A stretch of 64,000 nt of DNA from IMG/VR virus record IMGVR_UViG_3300036781_000280, positions 6,859 through 70,858 of that record; one strand, 5' to 3'. The notes beneath the pieces were generated by a model. The model was not told the DNA's origin, searched no databases, and was given only the letters and a program-made list of their open reading frames with translations. Position numbers and translations under genes: made by a program. The DNA is from a virus. Shown in pieces: positions 49,174 to 58,344 of the stretch; within the stretch, counting starts at the first letter, position 1; each line of letters starts with the position of its first letter.

Positions 49174-49776
49174 ATGAGAATCTTAATTCCTCTGGTAGCC
49201 ATCATTATCCTAATTCTCGCCCTGTTTCTTCCCTGCTGTCACGCGCAGACCAATCCGTCACCGGACGTAAACGAGCAGATTTCAAATCTTACCGCGCAGG
49301 TCGCCGCCCTGCAAAAACAGTCAGCGCCCACCAACCCGGTTCTTCAGTCCGTGACGTACAGCAATGGCATTGCCGTCTCCACCAATTCAGTTGCGCCCAC
49401 CGCTGGCGCTGTGGTCTCAACCGAGCTGCAACCGCTGTTCAATCTTCTTGGCGGAAAAACCCAGTCCATGCTGGCCACGGTGATGGCGTGGTTCCTTGCC
49501 ATCTCCACCTTGGTCGCCCCGTGGCGCACCAAGATCAAGCATCTGATTTCAGATAAATTCAACGAGGTCGCCGCCGAATCATCCCCTGATCAGGACACCT
49601 ATCTGCGGACGCTTTTCGGCAAGGGCTGGTACAAACTGTCCACACTCCTTCTCGCCTTTGCCGGGATCACGCTGCCCAATACCTCTGACCTTGACCGGGT
49701 GATTGCCGCGCAGAACGAAGCGTCTGCCAACACGGCTCAGGCGATTAGCAATCAGGTGCCTGTATCAGCGCCGTAA
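49174..49776 (+). CDS. Membrane protein with signal peptide and two further hydrophobic segments (holin-like?)
   Basis: MRILIPLVAIIILILALF..CHA; ATVMAWFLAISTLV; LSTLLLAFAGI. Confidence 0.55.
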   Translation: MRILIPLVAIIILILALFLPCCHAQTNPSPDVNEQISNLTAQVAALQKQSAPTNPVLQSVTYSNGIAVSTNSVAPTAGAVVSTELQPLFNLLGGKTQSMLATVMAWFLAISTLVAPWRTKIKHLISDKFNEVAAESSPDQDTYLRTLFGKGWYKLSTLLLAFAGITLPNTSDLDRVIAAQNEASANTAQAISNQVPVSAP

Positions 49777-49836
49777 ACCGGCTCCGGCATCGCAGCAGTT
49801 TAGTTAGCAAAACAAACCAAAAACAAAACCATCAAA

Positions 49837-50238
49837 ATGAAATTCAACAAATGGATACTGGGCCTAGCCATCATCGGCATACTGTCAATCATCGGCTGCG
49901 CCACCAAGCCTGAAACATCGGTCTATAACACCGAGAAGCTGCTGTCTGATGCGGCGGTCGCGGCCACCCACACGTTCAACGTGTATTACACCCAGCAGAC
50001 CGCCACCGCCCCGGCCAGCGCCGACCTGCTATCGGCCCGCACGACGCTTTATGACACCGACCGGAAGCTTTCAGCCACGCTCGCGCTGGTTGACACGCTG
50101 CGGGTCAACTACACGGTAAATCCGGCCATGACCAACCAGTCGGCGATGTTCGCCGCCCTTCAATCGGCGTCGGATCAGTCGTCCAACATCGTGGCGCTGG
50201 TTCATCTGTGGACTGGCACCGGCTCGCCTGCAAAATAA
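49837..50238 (+). CDS. Lipoprotein
   Basis: MKFNKWILGLAIIGILSIIG-C lipobox. Confidence 0.7.
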   Translation: MKFNKWILGLAIIGILSIIGCATKPETSVYNTEKLLSDAAVAATHTFNVYYTQQTATAPASADLLSARTTLYDTDRKLSATLALVDTLRVNYTVNPAMTNQSAMFAALQSASDQSSNIVALVHLWTGTGSPAK

Positions 50239-50271
50239 ACCATCCCACCACCGAAACCTTAAAATCAATTT

Positions 50272-50520
50272 ATGAACGCTGATCAACTCAAAGCAATTGA
50301 AACCGAAATTGGTGCCGGTCTGACACTGGCCGCAAACGTGGCCGGAGCCATCGACCCGGCGCTCCTGCCGATCATTGTCATCGGCAAGGCGGCTGCTGCC
50401 GCGCTACCGGGCCTGATCGACGATGTTACATCCATGATCGAAGGAACCGCCCCGACCGATCTGGATAACGCCGCACTGGCCGCGAAGATCGCCAGCCTTG
50501 GCAGTCCTGAAAACTTGTAG
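50272..50520 (+). CDS. Small hydrophobic Ala-rich protein
   Basis: Last gene before the convergent terminator. Confidence 0.6.
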   Translation: MNADQLKAIETEIGAGLTLAANVAGAIDPALLPIIVIGKAAAAALPGLIDDVTSMIEGTAPTDLDNAALAAKIASLGSPENL

Positions 50521-50537
50521 TACGCCGGGGAGTAAAA

Positions 50538-50572
50538 TAAAAAAGGCGCGATCCTTGCGGATCGCGCCTTTG
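50538..50572. terminator. Convergent (bidirectional) intrinsic terminator
   Basis: AAAGGCGCGATCC-TTGC-GGATCGCGCCTTT between converging operons. Confidence 0.85.
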
Positions 50573-50577
50573 CGCTG

Positions 50578-50823
50578 CTACCTATTGGTAGGCGGTTTTT
50601 TCCCGCGCGTCGATTGCCATGAGATTTTAGTATTTTTGGTAATCTGCCGAATATCTTGATTCACGGATCGAGCAATGTGCCTTAAAGTCTTGAACATCAA
50701 TCTTGCATGATCTTTGCTTGAAACGCATATTAATGCCCGGCCACCAAAAGCCAATTGCATGATCAAATCGCGGATCATCCGCTCGTTTTTTCCATGTCGC
50801 ATATTAAATCTACAGCTTGGCAT
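50578..50823 (-). CDS. Hypothetical protein (degenerate P-loop-like)
   Basis: RHGKNE..ALICVSS. Confidence 0.45.
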   Translation of the reverse strand: MPSCRFNMRHGKNERMIRDLIMQLAFGGRALICVSSKDHARLMFKTLRHIARSVNQDIRQITKNTKISWQSTRGKKPPTNR

Positions 50824-51523
50824 TATTCATCGCTGCTTTGATGGCGCAGTCCGGATTATGTCCGCGCCTTGATTCCCTGCCGTTCCAGAACTCCGATTTT
50901 CCGCTATTTGGATGCCAGCCATAGCAGCAAGGACAAGCCTTGACGGTCATGGTTTCGGTAAATACCGAAGCTGACCACTCAAGGTCGGCAATAAGTAACT
51001 GCATCCTATTTTTATCTTCAACCAACTCCCAATTCGCCTCGGTGGAGTGGCGGAGAAGGATTTGTTCAAGCAAAGTTTTTTGTTCACCAGAAAACTGAAT
51101 AATCCTAAATCGCCGTGATATTTCTTCAATAGCCGCCTTGTGCCAAGGTTGAGAATTTCCAGCATTGACTATTTCCATCCCCTTTTTAAAAAGAAATGCC
51201 CGGAATTCAGGAGTCCAATTATTAGCTTCCTCACGAACTTTGGCACATGCTTCTTCTGTAGTTGATGGTGGAGTGGTGCGGGTGTTCCAACCATCTATTG
51301 CTTCTGGCAAAGTTCGATATTTGGGAGCATCACACTTGCAGCTTGTACAATGGAACCAATATCTTTCATCATACATATTTCCCATTTGTAGCGGATTATA
51401 AGAACCACAAAACGGACACGTCAACAACTTGACTTCGGTGGGATTGGTTTTCATGGTAGTTTCCTTCAAGTCCTTTTGCGTCATGTAATTCGTTCCGCAG
51501 GGCGTTAATAAATGCTCGTTCAC
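50810..51523 (-). CDS. Modular phage protein with Lar-like Zn ribbon
   Basis: LLTCPFCGS..CTSC..EAIDGWNTR; C-terminal CPCC..GHNPDC; start 51523 (GTG) or 51454. Confidence 0.65.
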   Translation of the reverse strand: MNEHLLTPCGTNYMTQKDLKETTMKTNPTEVKLLTCPFCGSYNPLQMGNMYDERYWFHCTSCKCDAPKYRTLPEAIDGWNTRTTPPSTTEEACAKVREEANNWTPEFRAFLFKKGMEIVNAGNSQPWHKAAIEEISRRFRIIQFSGEQKTLLEQILLRHSTEANWELVEDKNRMQLLIADLEWSASVFTETMTVKACPCCYGWHPNSGKSEFWNGRESRRGHNPDCAIKAAMNNAKL

Positions 51524-51720
51524 ACTCTCACCTTTCCTTTCGCTTTGGGTTTGTTGGTTGATGGGCGAAGCTTTCCACAAATCGGACAGCGTTTCCATGA
51601 CTTCTGAACGATTGCCCTGACTCTCATTTTTATAATGCCGCTTGTACTTACTGAAATTCGCCAATGAGAACCTGAATAGGTTCCCAAGATTAACTTAATA
51701 TGCTTACACCACTTCTTCAT
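51520..51720 (-). CDS. Small Zn-finger protein
   Basis: KWCKHI..WKRCPICGKLRP. Confidence 0.6.
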   Translation of the reverse strand: MKKWCKHIKLILGTYSGSHWRISVSTSGIIKMRVRAIVQKSWKRCPICGKLRPSTNKPKAKGKVRV

Positions 51721-51878
51721 AAGTTACCTTTCGCGGGAGGTTGTGGTTCATGCTTGCCCACACTATCCCACCAAACTTGGTTTACCCATAATATGTCTAT
51801 TTCTTCTTTAGTGTATTCGTGCATAATACATTTTCCGCAATAAAGCGGTGATAATTTTCTTGATTATAAATTGTTGGA

Positions 51879-52061
51879 CTATGTTCCCACATGACAAGTG
51901 TTGGTTATTTTATAAATTAAACGTATACAATGAAGACAGGTTACGGATTTTAAGTTTCTTGAACTACTTATTTGCCTCGACCCACTAATCCTTGAAGCTG
52001 GACATGCGGTTGTAGCACGTTTAAAGCCTTGCGTTTTATTTATCATCATGTGAATTTTCAT
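51879..52061 (-). CDS. Small Zn-binding hypothetical protein
   Basis: KIH..TAC..VTCLHC. Confidence 0.55.
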   Translation of the reverse strand: MKIHMMINKTQGFKRATTACPASRISGSRQISSSRNLKSVTCLHCIRLIYKITNTCHVGT

Positions 52062-52357
52062 TTCGCTAGAGGTTGTGGATTTGCTAATTCCGGTTTGATG
52101 GTTTTAAGCATCTCACTAAATGCCAACACATCAGGTTTTAGCCTTATATTCTCTACCCTCATCCTCTCATTGATCTTCAACAACTCCTCAAAATCAGCAT
52201 TTTGCTCAATCAGTATTCTCGCCCTAACTGCATGGTCATACATCACAAGAATTTGATTTTCGTCCACATATCCTTGTTTTAATCCTTCTTCAATACGCGG
52301 AAGATGATTTACAAGAATATCTTTGATTATTGATTCGGCGCGTTCCTTTGATTTCAT
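52058..52357 (-). CDS. Hypothetical protein
   Basis: ATGA-coupled on both sides. Confidence 0.55.
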   Translation of the reverse strand: MKSKERAESIIKDILVNHLPRIEEGLKQGYVDENQILVMYDHAVRARILIEQNADFEELLKINERMRVENIRLKPDVLAFSEMLKTIKPELANPQPLAK

Positions 52358-53085
52358 ATATTTAAGGCTTTGTAAATAACACCCTGTAAGCAGTAATCAT
52401 CATGTTGGATTTTATCCTTATCTCCATCCAGATTTTTACCTTTGCAGTGGCCACATTCTATTGCTTTTTGGCCGTCCGTTGTGAGCCAGCCCATTTCATC
52501 TTCATCCCATATTTTTTGCAGGGCGTTGTGTTTGGTATTTAGCTTATCCAACAAATCCTTGGCTGCTTGAGGGGAGTTGGTGAGGGCTTCATCAATAGCG
52601 TCATTTGCTTCATCGTGCCAATCTTGTGCTTCCCCTATTGATACTAATCCGCCACAGGTTGGGCCTCCGTGCGGGGTTGACCAACTTAAAGATTGTTTTG
52701 CTTTTCTCAACGCCTCATCCTTCACCGTGCAGATGGCTATGAGTTGTTGGATTTGTTCTCGTTGTAATTCAAGCGTTTCCTTGAATCCATTTGACTGCTC
52801 CTCAAGCTCTTTCACTCTGGCTTGAAAAGCCTCGAGTCTTTCATTGTCTGACATAATAGCCCCAGCAATGGCCAATTCTATCGGCGTAGAAAGATGGCTT
52901 GTCTCAACGATATGCAACAAACTGGCGTATTTTTTTAATAACTCTTGTTGCTCCTTCACTCTGGCTTGCAGGGAGTCGCACTCGTTTAGTTCTTTTTCGA
53001 GGGTGGCATGCGATAAAAGCACTTTGCTTCTGTCAGATAATTCTAAAGCATCCGTCCGTGGTGTTTGTGAGGCGGGTTCGTTCAT
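52354..53085 (-). CDS. Coiled-coil phage protein
   Basis: TPRTDA start motif, repeated QARVKE, C-terminal CGHC..HDDYC. Confidence 0.65.
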   Translation of the reverse strand: MNEPASQTPRTDALELSDRSKVLLSHATLEKELNECDSLQARVKEQQELLKKYASLLHIVETSHLSTPIELAIAGAIMSDNERLEAFQARVKELEEQSNGFKETLELQREQIQQLIAICTVKDEALRKAKQSLSWSTPHGGPTCGGLVSIGEAQDWHDEANDAIDEALTNSPQAAKDLLDKLNTKHNALQKIWDEDEMGWLTTDGQKAIECGHCKGKNLDGDKDKIQHDDYCLQGVIYKALNI

Positions 53086-53336
53086 GGTTTCTTGCCCTGT
53101 CTTTTTAATGCCAGTTCTCTTTGATTTATCTCGATAGCGCCCGCCCTGATCGCCAATGACCGCTTGGTGAGGCAGATGTCGAAATGCTCCCGCCATGTGC
53201 CTGATGATTGAATCCATTTCATTTGAACTCCGATTTTATCAACCATATCTAAAAGCTCAGGCGTTGAATCTGCAATCATGTGGCACATCAGCATTCCCTT
53301 GTATCTCATGCGCGCATTATCAATATAGACACTCAT
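53082..53336 (-). CDS. DUF4031-like protein
   Basis: MSVYID..MCHMIADS..EL..IG..WIQ..HFDI..KR..AI..GA. Confidence 0.8.
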   Translation of the reverse strand: MSVYIDNARMRYKGMLMCHMIADSTPELLDMVDKIGVQMKWIQSSGTWREHFDICLTKRSLAIRAGAIEINQRELALKRQGKKP

Positions 53337-53689
53337 AACTTTTCAATCTTAACTATCACGCCTCTTTCTGCGCGGGTTTCGCACTGGCCGTATTCGAATC
53401 TGATCCGACCGTCTCCGTCGTCGATTCCGAGACTGGAGGCAATGGCATCGCGCAGCGGCTTGAGCGCAGCCACATTGCCGTCGTCGTCACATTCGCGTCG
53501 GCGACAGGTGATGAGAGTAACGACGACTTCCACGCCTCCCTTGCCCTTCTTCCGCTTTTGGATGATTTGCTCCAATGCTGATACCTGAGAGTGTTTGGGC
53601 TGTCCGGCAACCACGCCACCCACAGGAGGGTACAGGTGGGGGTTCCGGCGTCTGGTTGATTCGCTGACATTGGTGGGTAGATTATTCAT
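53333..53689 (-). CDS. RusA-like Holliday junction resolvase
   Basis: RRRECDDDGNVAALKPLRDAIA..GIDDGD. Confidence 0.65.
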   Translation of the reverse strand: MNNLPTNVSESTRRRNPHLYPPVGGVVAGQPKHSQVSALEQIIQKRKKGKGGVEVVVTLITCRRRECDDDGNVAALKPLRDAIASSLGIDDGDGRIRFEYGQCETRAERGVIVKIEKL

Positions 53690-53850
53690 CGCCCGCGGTA
53701 TGATAGCCTTTCGATTTGAGCTAGGTGCCATTTCTCCCACTCCTCATGCCAGCAGGCATTGTTGGTTGTGCTCAAATAGGCGTGACCACGACGGGTTGCG
53801 CCATGAAAAGCGGCCCGGCGACGATGCCACCAAATGAATAGTTTTTTCAT
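53686..53850 (-). CDS. Small hypothetical protein (54 aa)
   Basis: ATGA-coupled on both sides; fills the gap exactly. Confidence 0.5.
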   Translation of the reverse strand: MKKLFIWWHRRRAAFHGATRRGHAYLSTTNNACWHEEWEKWHLAQIERLSYRGR

Positions 53851-54455
53851 GCTTTTGTCTTGGTTGTAAAAATTTTAGAATCCGTCCACCCAAGTTTTTT
53901 GCGATCATAAATTAAACCAAGCCTTACCCCCATAATCTCAGCGGCTTCCGCAGCTGATCCGCAGAATTCGGCGCACTTCACCATAACAGTGCATCTTCTG
54001 TTTCTAATCTGCTCTTTTCGAGTTGCCCAACAGCAATTTTTCGGGTCGTAATTACCGTCGTTGTCTTTTCTTTCAATGCTGTGATTCAGAGATGGCCTAG
54101 TGCCCATATCTTTTATGAAAAGTTTGATGTTTCTCCAGCGGCGACAGACTCGAATACCGCGACCGCCGTAGTTTTTAAAGTTCATATCACCACTCCTTCC
54201 ATTGCATCGCTGCATCATTCCAAGCCAAGACTTGTATGTGGGCGTCCTGCTCATTCCGTGGGTTTTTATTTTAGCGCCATGAGTCGAGTGCATTACACAT
54301 CCGCAATTCGTGGATGTGCCGCGAGTAAGGGTCGAGCGCTCCACGCTTTTAATCGCGCCACAAACGCAGCGACACGCATAGTAATAGTGACTGCCGCGCC
54401 GTTCGGATTTGCCAATCACAATCCAACTCCCAAATTTGGATTTTAGAGGAATCAT
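53847..54455 (-). CDS. HNH-type homing endonuclease
   Basis: CRCVCG, SxCGC-like, THGMS..YKSW..M.QRC, NYGGRGIRVC, SIERKDNDGNYDPKNCCWAT. Confidence 0.85.
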   Translation of the reverse strand: MIPLKSKFGSWIVIGKSERRGSHYYYACRCVCGAIKSVERSTLTRGTSTNCGCVMHSTHGAKIKTHGMSRTPTYKSWLGMMQRCNGRSGDMNFKNYGGRGIRVCRRWRNIKLFIKDMGTRPSLNHSIERKDNDGNYDPKNCCWATRKEQIRNRRCTVMVKCAEFCGSAAEAAEIMGVRLGLIYDRKKLGWTDSKIFTTKTKA

Positions 54456-54757
54456 AAATCCAGTTCGTTATCGTCGTACATTTCCTGCTCTGCTTGAAAA
54501 TCTTCATCAGTTTTCGGCACTTCGCCATAACCCTCACAAGTCGGGCAGGTAAGCCAGACCGGCGTGAAAAAGTTTTTTAACTTTTGCCATCGACCAAGCT
54601 CAACGTGCTCGACCTCCATTTCGTCAAGCTCGTCAACCTCCATCTCCTGATCCCCAAGGCAGGTCGGGCACTCCTTCATCGGCGGATCGCCGAAATGGTC
54701 ATCAATGTCCTTGTCGGTGCAGCCTGCTGGCAAGTCCCAGCCCAATGGATTGCTCAC
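54452..54757 (-). CDS. Small DnaJ-type Zn-finger protein
   Basis: CPTCLG..CPTCEGYGEV. Confidence 0.6.
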   Translation of the reverse strand: MSNPLGWDLPAGCTDKDIDDHFGDPPMKECPTCLGDQEMEVDELDEMEVEHVELGRWQKLKNFFTPVWLTCPTCEGYGEVPKTDEDFQAEQEMYDDNELDL

Positions 54758-55737
54758 GGAATCAAGTCGGCGTCTGACGCCTTTGATTCTTCTTTCGGTT
54801 TCGGAAAATCGACGACAACCTCCTGCAAGGCGTCCTCAATGTCCCATTGCGTCGGCTCGGTCAACGACCAGCCGTTCATCACGTTCTCGCCGATCTCGTA
54901 GTCAGGCCAGAAATTGTGCTTCAGGCACTGGCAGTAGAGCTTGAGCGCCGCCATGTATTTCGCGCGGCCAATCTGGATGAATTCCGTGGACAAAATCCGG
55001 CGACCGGTTTGAAACGGGGCATCGCTTTCTTGGATCAGATGCCGAAACTCGATGCGCTCAATATCCGGCGCGGCGGCGGTGTGCAGGTCTATGTTTAATG
55101 ACGCTTGCATATCGTAGTTAAAATTACTGACGCTTTTCCTCCATTTGCCACGGCTGGCGTCTTGAGATGTTTTCAAATCGCCAAGCGACTTGCCGAATCT
55201 GGCGTGCTTTGGATCAGGAGCGCAGTCGGTCAGCACTCGAATCGGAATCACCAACGATGTTTCAGTATCGACATAATCAGCCATGACCATGACCTGTTTT
55301 TTTGAGCAATCCAGAAACGCCTTGATGTCCGAATCTTTGTAAAGCCGCGTGATCGCTTCATCAGATTCATCCAAATCTTTTTGCTTGATGACGATCCGGT
55401 CAGAATGCGTTTCAACCCATCGCCTGCACGCCTTGGCATTGAGATTCCAAGGCTTTTCCACACCATCATCGTTGGTGTAGGTTTCAGGGGCAATGACGTA
55501 AAGCTGCTCAAACGTCTCCGGCATCAACACGCGCACATCAATGAGGGAGCCATAGCGCAGTGCTTCTGTTGATTCCGACTGTGGGCTTTCAATCCATTTT
55601 TGTGGGCAGCTAATAAAGTCAGCAAGCTCGCCCCGTGACATTATGAATCTTGGATCGCCACGCACAGCGCCGTCCGGCTGTTTTGAATAGACCTCGAAAA
55701 GCACGTTTTCGCCGATTATTTTCGCATTTTTAAACAT
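54754..55737 (-). CDS. RecE/exonuclease VIII-like PD-(D/E)XK nuclease
   Basis: SRGEL, TEALRYGSL, TDC..GDLKTS, YDMQAS, C..HNFWPDY. Confidence 0.82.
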   Translation of the reverse strand: MFKNAKIIGENVLFEVYSKQPDGAVRGDPRFIMSRGELADFISCPQKWIESPQSESTEALRYGSLIDVRVLMPETFEQLYVIAPETYTNDDGVEKPWNLNAKACRRWVETHSDRIVIKQKDLDESDEAITRLYKDSDIKAFLDCSKKQVMVMADYVDTETSLVIPIRVLTDCAPDPKHARFGKSLGDLKTSQDASRGKWRKSVSNFNYDMQASLNIDLHTAAAPDIERIEFRHLIQESDAPFQTGRRILSTEFIQIGRAKYMAALKLYCQCLKHNFWPDYEIGENVMNGWSLTEPTQWDIEDALQEVVVDFPKPKEESKASDADLIP

Positions 55738-55740
55738 AAA

Positions 55741-56238
55741 TCAAATGTGTTTCCAGCCCACTTTACAAACATAAAAAATAGCCGCATGACAGACTTTGAA
55801 CCGCAGCGCCAGCTTTCTCTGCGCGATCCCCGATTGGTGCAGTTTTCTAATAAGCCTAACCTTTGCTTCCGTCATTTTTGAGAATCCGTTTTTTGAACCT
55901 TTGAAAACCTTGTTTCTATTTCGGCCCTTGGAAACCATGTCGTCGGCATTTTGCTTTTGGGTGCCAGCAAATAAATGTTTCGGATTTATACATGGCGGAT
56001 TGTCGCAAGTATGGCAAACGCCCAAGCCCTTTGGTATCGGCCCTTTGCTGACTTCAAACGCAAACCTGTGCGCTCGGCGCTGCTTTCCATCAAAGGATAT
56101 TCTGCCGTATCCATACGCGTCTATATCGCCAGCCCATTCAATACATTCACCAACTCGGCGAATGTTAGTGCGAAGAAATTTTACAGCTTCTTGCCGAGTC
56201 CTTCTGATTGGACGCCCATTTTTACGGATTAAGTTCAT
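55741..56238 (-). CDS. HNH homing endonuclease
   Basis: CIEW..GYG..AHRF, VCHTCDNPPCINPKHLFAGT..N..DM..KGR, C-terminal HTH. Confidence 0.9.
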   Translation of the reverse strand: MNLIRKNGRPIRRTRQEAVKFLRTNIRRVGECIEWAGDIDAYGYGRISFDGKQRRAHRFAFEVSKGPIPKGLGVCHTCDNPPCINPKHLFAGTQKQNADDMVSKGRNRNKVFKGSKNGFSKMTEAKVRLIRKLHQSGIAQRKLALRFKVCHAAIFYVCKVGWKHI

Positions 56239-57338
56239 ATCGTAGCAGGTTTGGTGATTTCGATCTTGGCCCGGACTTGGTTGATGAGGGCTTCCAGCCC
56301 GGCGAGCGACAGCTTTTCGACCGCATGATCAGGGTTCCCGCCGTCAAGCACCTCAGCTTTCCAAAGGATGGCGTTGATGATCGACCAGTCAGTCGGCGGC
56401 TTGTTGGTGGCTGGATCAATGTTGACCGGCTTGAACAAGTTCCACAGCTCGGCCTTGGCTTTTTTCAGCAGATCATTAGGCTTGGATTGTACGGCGGTCG
56501 CATTGGGCGCGCCGCCGCAGAGCTTCAGGATCGCCTCGGCATGATCGAAGGTCAGCCGCTGGCCGTTTTCGGGCAGACATTGCAGAATGGCGTAATGCGT
56601 GAACTTGGTTCCCTGACCAAGCGGAAGCTCGAACGAGCAGATGCCGCCCACGCCCTGCTCGTCGGCGGTCACAAGGCCAACCGCAAGCGCCGTGCGGGTC
56701 AGCCCGGACTCTTGGATCGGGCTCTGGAACTCGTTTGGCTTCGAAGTGTTGGCGTTGAATTTCTGCTTCGCCTGAAACAGCAGCACAAGGTTTGTCTTTG
56801 GCGTGGTCAACTTGTTCACCAGCCGTTGATGCGTCCAAGGTTTTACCGCCGCCGCCGCCGCCGCCGCCGAACGCTTCTTCTTCGCCTCATCTTCGCCCGC
56901 CATTTTGTTCAGCACCTCATCCTTGAGGTCGAGGTAGCCGCCTTCGGAGTCCCATGCCTGCGACATGACATCTTCAATAATCGTGGCGCATCCCATCTCC
57001 TCCAGCGCCTCAGTGGCGGCGATCACCTTGAGGGGGTTGAAAGGCGGTTCGATGTGGATCACGCGAAACCGGTCAACCCAAGACGCCTTGGTGCCCCCGT
57101 ATTTTTTAGCCGCCATCTCGGCCACGATGTCAATCGCCCAGCCGGAGCGGTGGCCTTCGCCATCCACCCAGCCAATGAGTCCCTTGGGCGTGATGCCCAC
57201 CGCAAAGATGCCAGCCGTGACCGACTTGCCGCCACCGACCGACCCGAAGAATCCGAAGGTGATGGTGCGACCGCTGATGATTGAAGCTTCCGGCTTCATC
57301 TGCTTTTTGAATTCCTCTACTTCTTTTTTCCAGTTCAT
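56235..57338 (-). CDS. AAA_24/Sak4-like recombination ATPase
   Basis: GSVGGGKS, WVDGE, PPFNP, IIEDVMSQAW..GG; partner of the RecE-like nuclease. Confidence 0.78.
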   Translation of the reverse strand: MNWKKEVEEFKKQMKPEASIISGRTITFGFFGSVGGGKSVTAGIFAVGITPKGLIGWVDGEGHRSGWAIDIVAEMAAKKYGGTKASWVDRFRVIHIEPPFNPLKVIAATEALEEMGCATIIEDVMSQAWDSEGGYLDLKDEVLNKMAGEDEAKKKRSAAAAAAAVKPWTHQRLVNKLTTPKTNLVLLFQAKQKFNANTSKPNEFQSPIQESGLTRTALAVGLVTADEQGVGGICSFELPLGQGTKFTHYAILQCLPENGQRLTFDHAEAILKLCGGAPNATAVQSKPNDLLKKAKAELWNLFKPVNIDPATNKPPTDWSIINAILWKAEVLDGGNPDHAVEKLSLAGLEALINQVRAKIEITKPATI

Positions 57339-57371
57339 TGATTATTTAATAATTTAGATTTTATATACACT

Positions 57372-57881
57372 TCACCCAAGCACCTTTATGGTGCCATGGA
57401 TTGAGAATTCACGCTTGAAATCGGCGGTATCGTGCCCCATATAGGTAATTACGCTTCCCTTGGTCACGCCTGATTTCTTCGTGCCATCGGGTAAAAAATA
57501 GTTCGGGCGGCGGGGTGGAAAGCACTGCGGGAATTGCAGCAGGGGTTGAAACCAACCCTCCGATGTGGAGGCGTAGCAAATACAAATTGCCGCCGTAACA
57601 TCACCGCGCTTAAAACTTTCCACAAGCTTCCGAATCCACAGCTTATTTACGCCCTTCTGGAAAGGGTGATTCATCCAGACCTTTCCGCTCCAATGCTGCT
57701 TGAGGCCATCCTGCTCCCTGCTGTAAAACCTTCCAGCCCTGATCACTTCATTGGCCACCGCCGATGATGCCGGGTCTAAGTCTATACCTCCCAAGACGCG
57801 CCGGGCGGACTCCAAAATGGCGGCGTCCGTGTAGTATTCAGTTTTGCCGCTATCTTGGTTTATGAGTTGGTGGGGTGACAT
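57372..57881 (-). CDS. Phage DNA N6-adenine methyltransferase
   Basis: EYYT, IDLDPASS, DGL...W.GKVWMNHPF (NPPY-like), TSEGWFQ. Confidence 0.85.
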   Translation of the reverse strand: MSPHQLINQDSGKTEYYTDAAILESARRVLGGIDLDPASSAVANEVIRAGRFYSREQDGLKQHWSGKVWMNHPFQKGVNKLWIRKLVESFKRGDVTAAICICYASTSEGWFQPLLQFPQCFPPRRPNYFLPDGTKKSGVTKGSVITYMGHDTADFKREFSIHGTIKVLG

Positions 57882-57895
57882 TGTATATAAATATA

Positions 57896-58123
57896 TTATT
57901 TGAGCTGATTAACCGCCTTCACATATTGCTCGAAGTGCTCCGCCGTCCAGTTGAATTTGCCCTGCTCGCGGAACAGCAGGGCCACGCGGGAGATTCCAAT
58001 CTTGGATGCCACAGCCTCCTGAGAGACGTTGTTATCCTCGCGGAATTTCTTCAGCTCCGCCCCCGTGGCGTGGCAGTCAATCTGCTTTTCAGTGACGGGG
58101 ATGTATTTGATTTCGGGAGTCAT
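57896..58123 (-). CDS. Cro/CI-type (XRE) HTH transcriptional regulator
   Basis: LKKFREDNNVSQEAVASKIGISRVALLFREQG. Confidence 0.82.
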   Translation of the reverse strand: MTPEIKYIPVTEKQIDCHATGAELKKFREDNNVSQEAVASKIGISRVALLFREQGKFNWTAEHFEQYVKAVNQLK

Positions 58124-58136
58124 TTAAATCGTTTCT

Positions 58137-58179
58137 AGGTTAGCGGTTTTCTTACGGACGGTCAACGACAAATGTGTCA
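58137..58179 (-). promoter_or_regulatory. Promoter of the HTH gene with adjacent 14-bp operator
   Basis: Minus strand TTGACC-17bp-TAACCT; CGACAAATGTGTCA at 58166-58179 abuts the -35. Confidence 0.6.
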
Positions 58180-58344
58180 TTTCTTCGGCGGCAGTTGTTT
58201 GCCGCCCCATCGGTGGCCCTTGAATTTCGGATTCTTCCGCAGGGCTCGAAGTTGCTCAGTGATACCATTGAAGCTAAACCCTTCCGGGTGATCGCTGGAG
58301 GATTGATGAGTTTGATGTTGCAGGCCGGGTCGAGAATTTTTCAT
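58177..58344 (-). CDS. Small hypothetical protein (55 aa)
   Basis: ATGA-coupled to the upstream gene; MKNSRPGLQ... Confidence 0.4.
   Translation of the reverse strand: MKNSRPGLQHQTHQSSSDHPEGFSFNGITEQLRALRKNPKFKGHRWGGKQLPPKK

Noticed and set aside
56846-56869. (GCC)n microsatellite
   Set aside because: Encodes an in-frame Ala run; a triplet repeat cannot phase-shift the frame
56208-57284. 358-aa plus-strand ORF
   Set aside because: Antisense shadow of the AAA_24 gene; its Arg run mirrors a poly-Ala codon run
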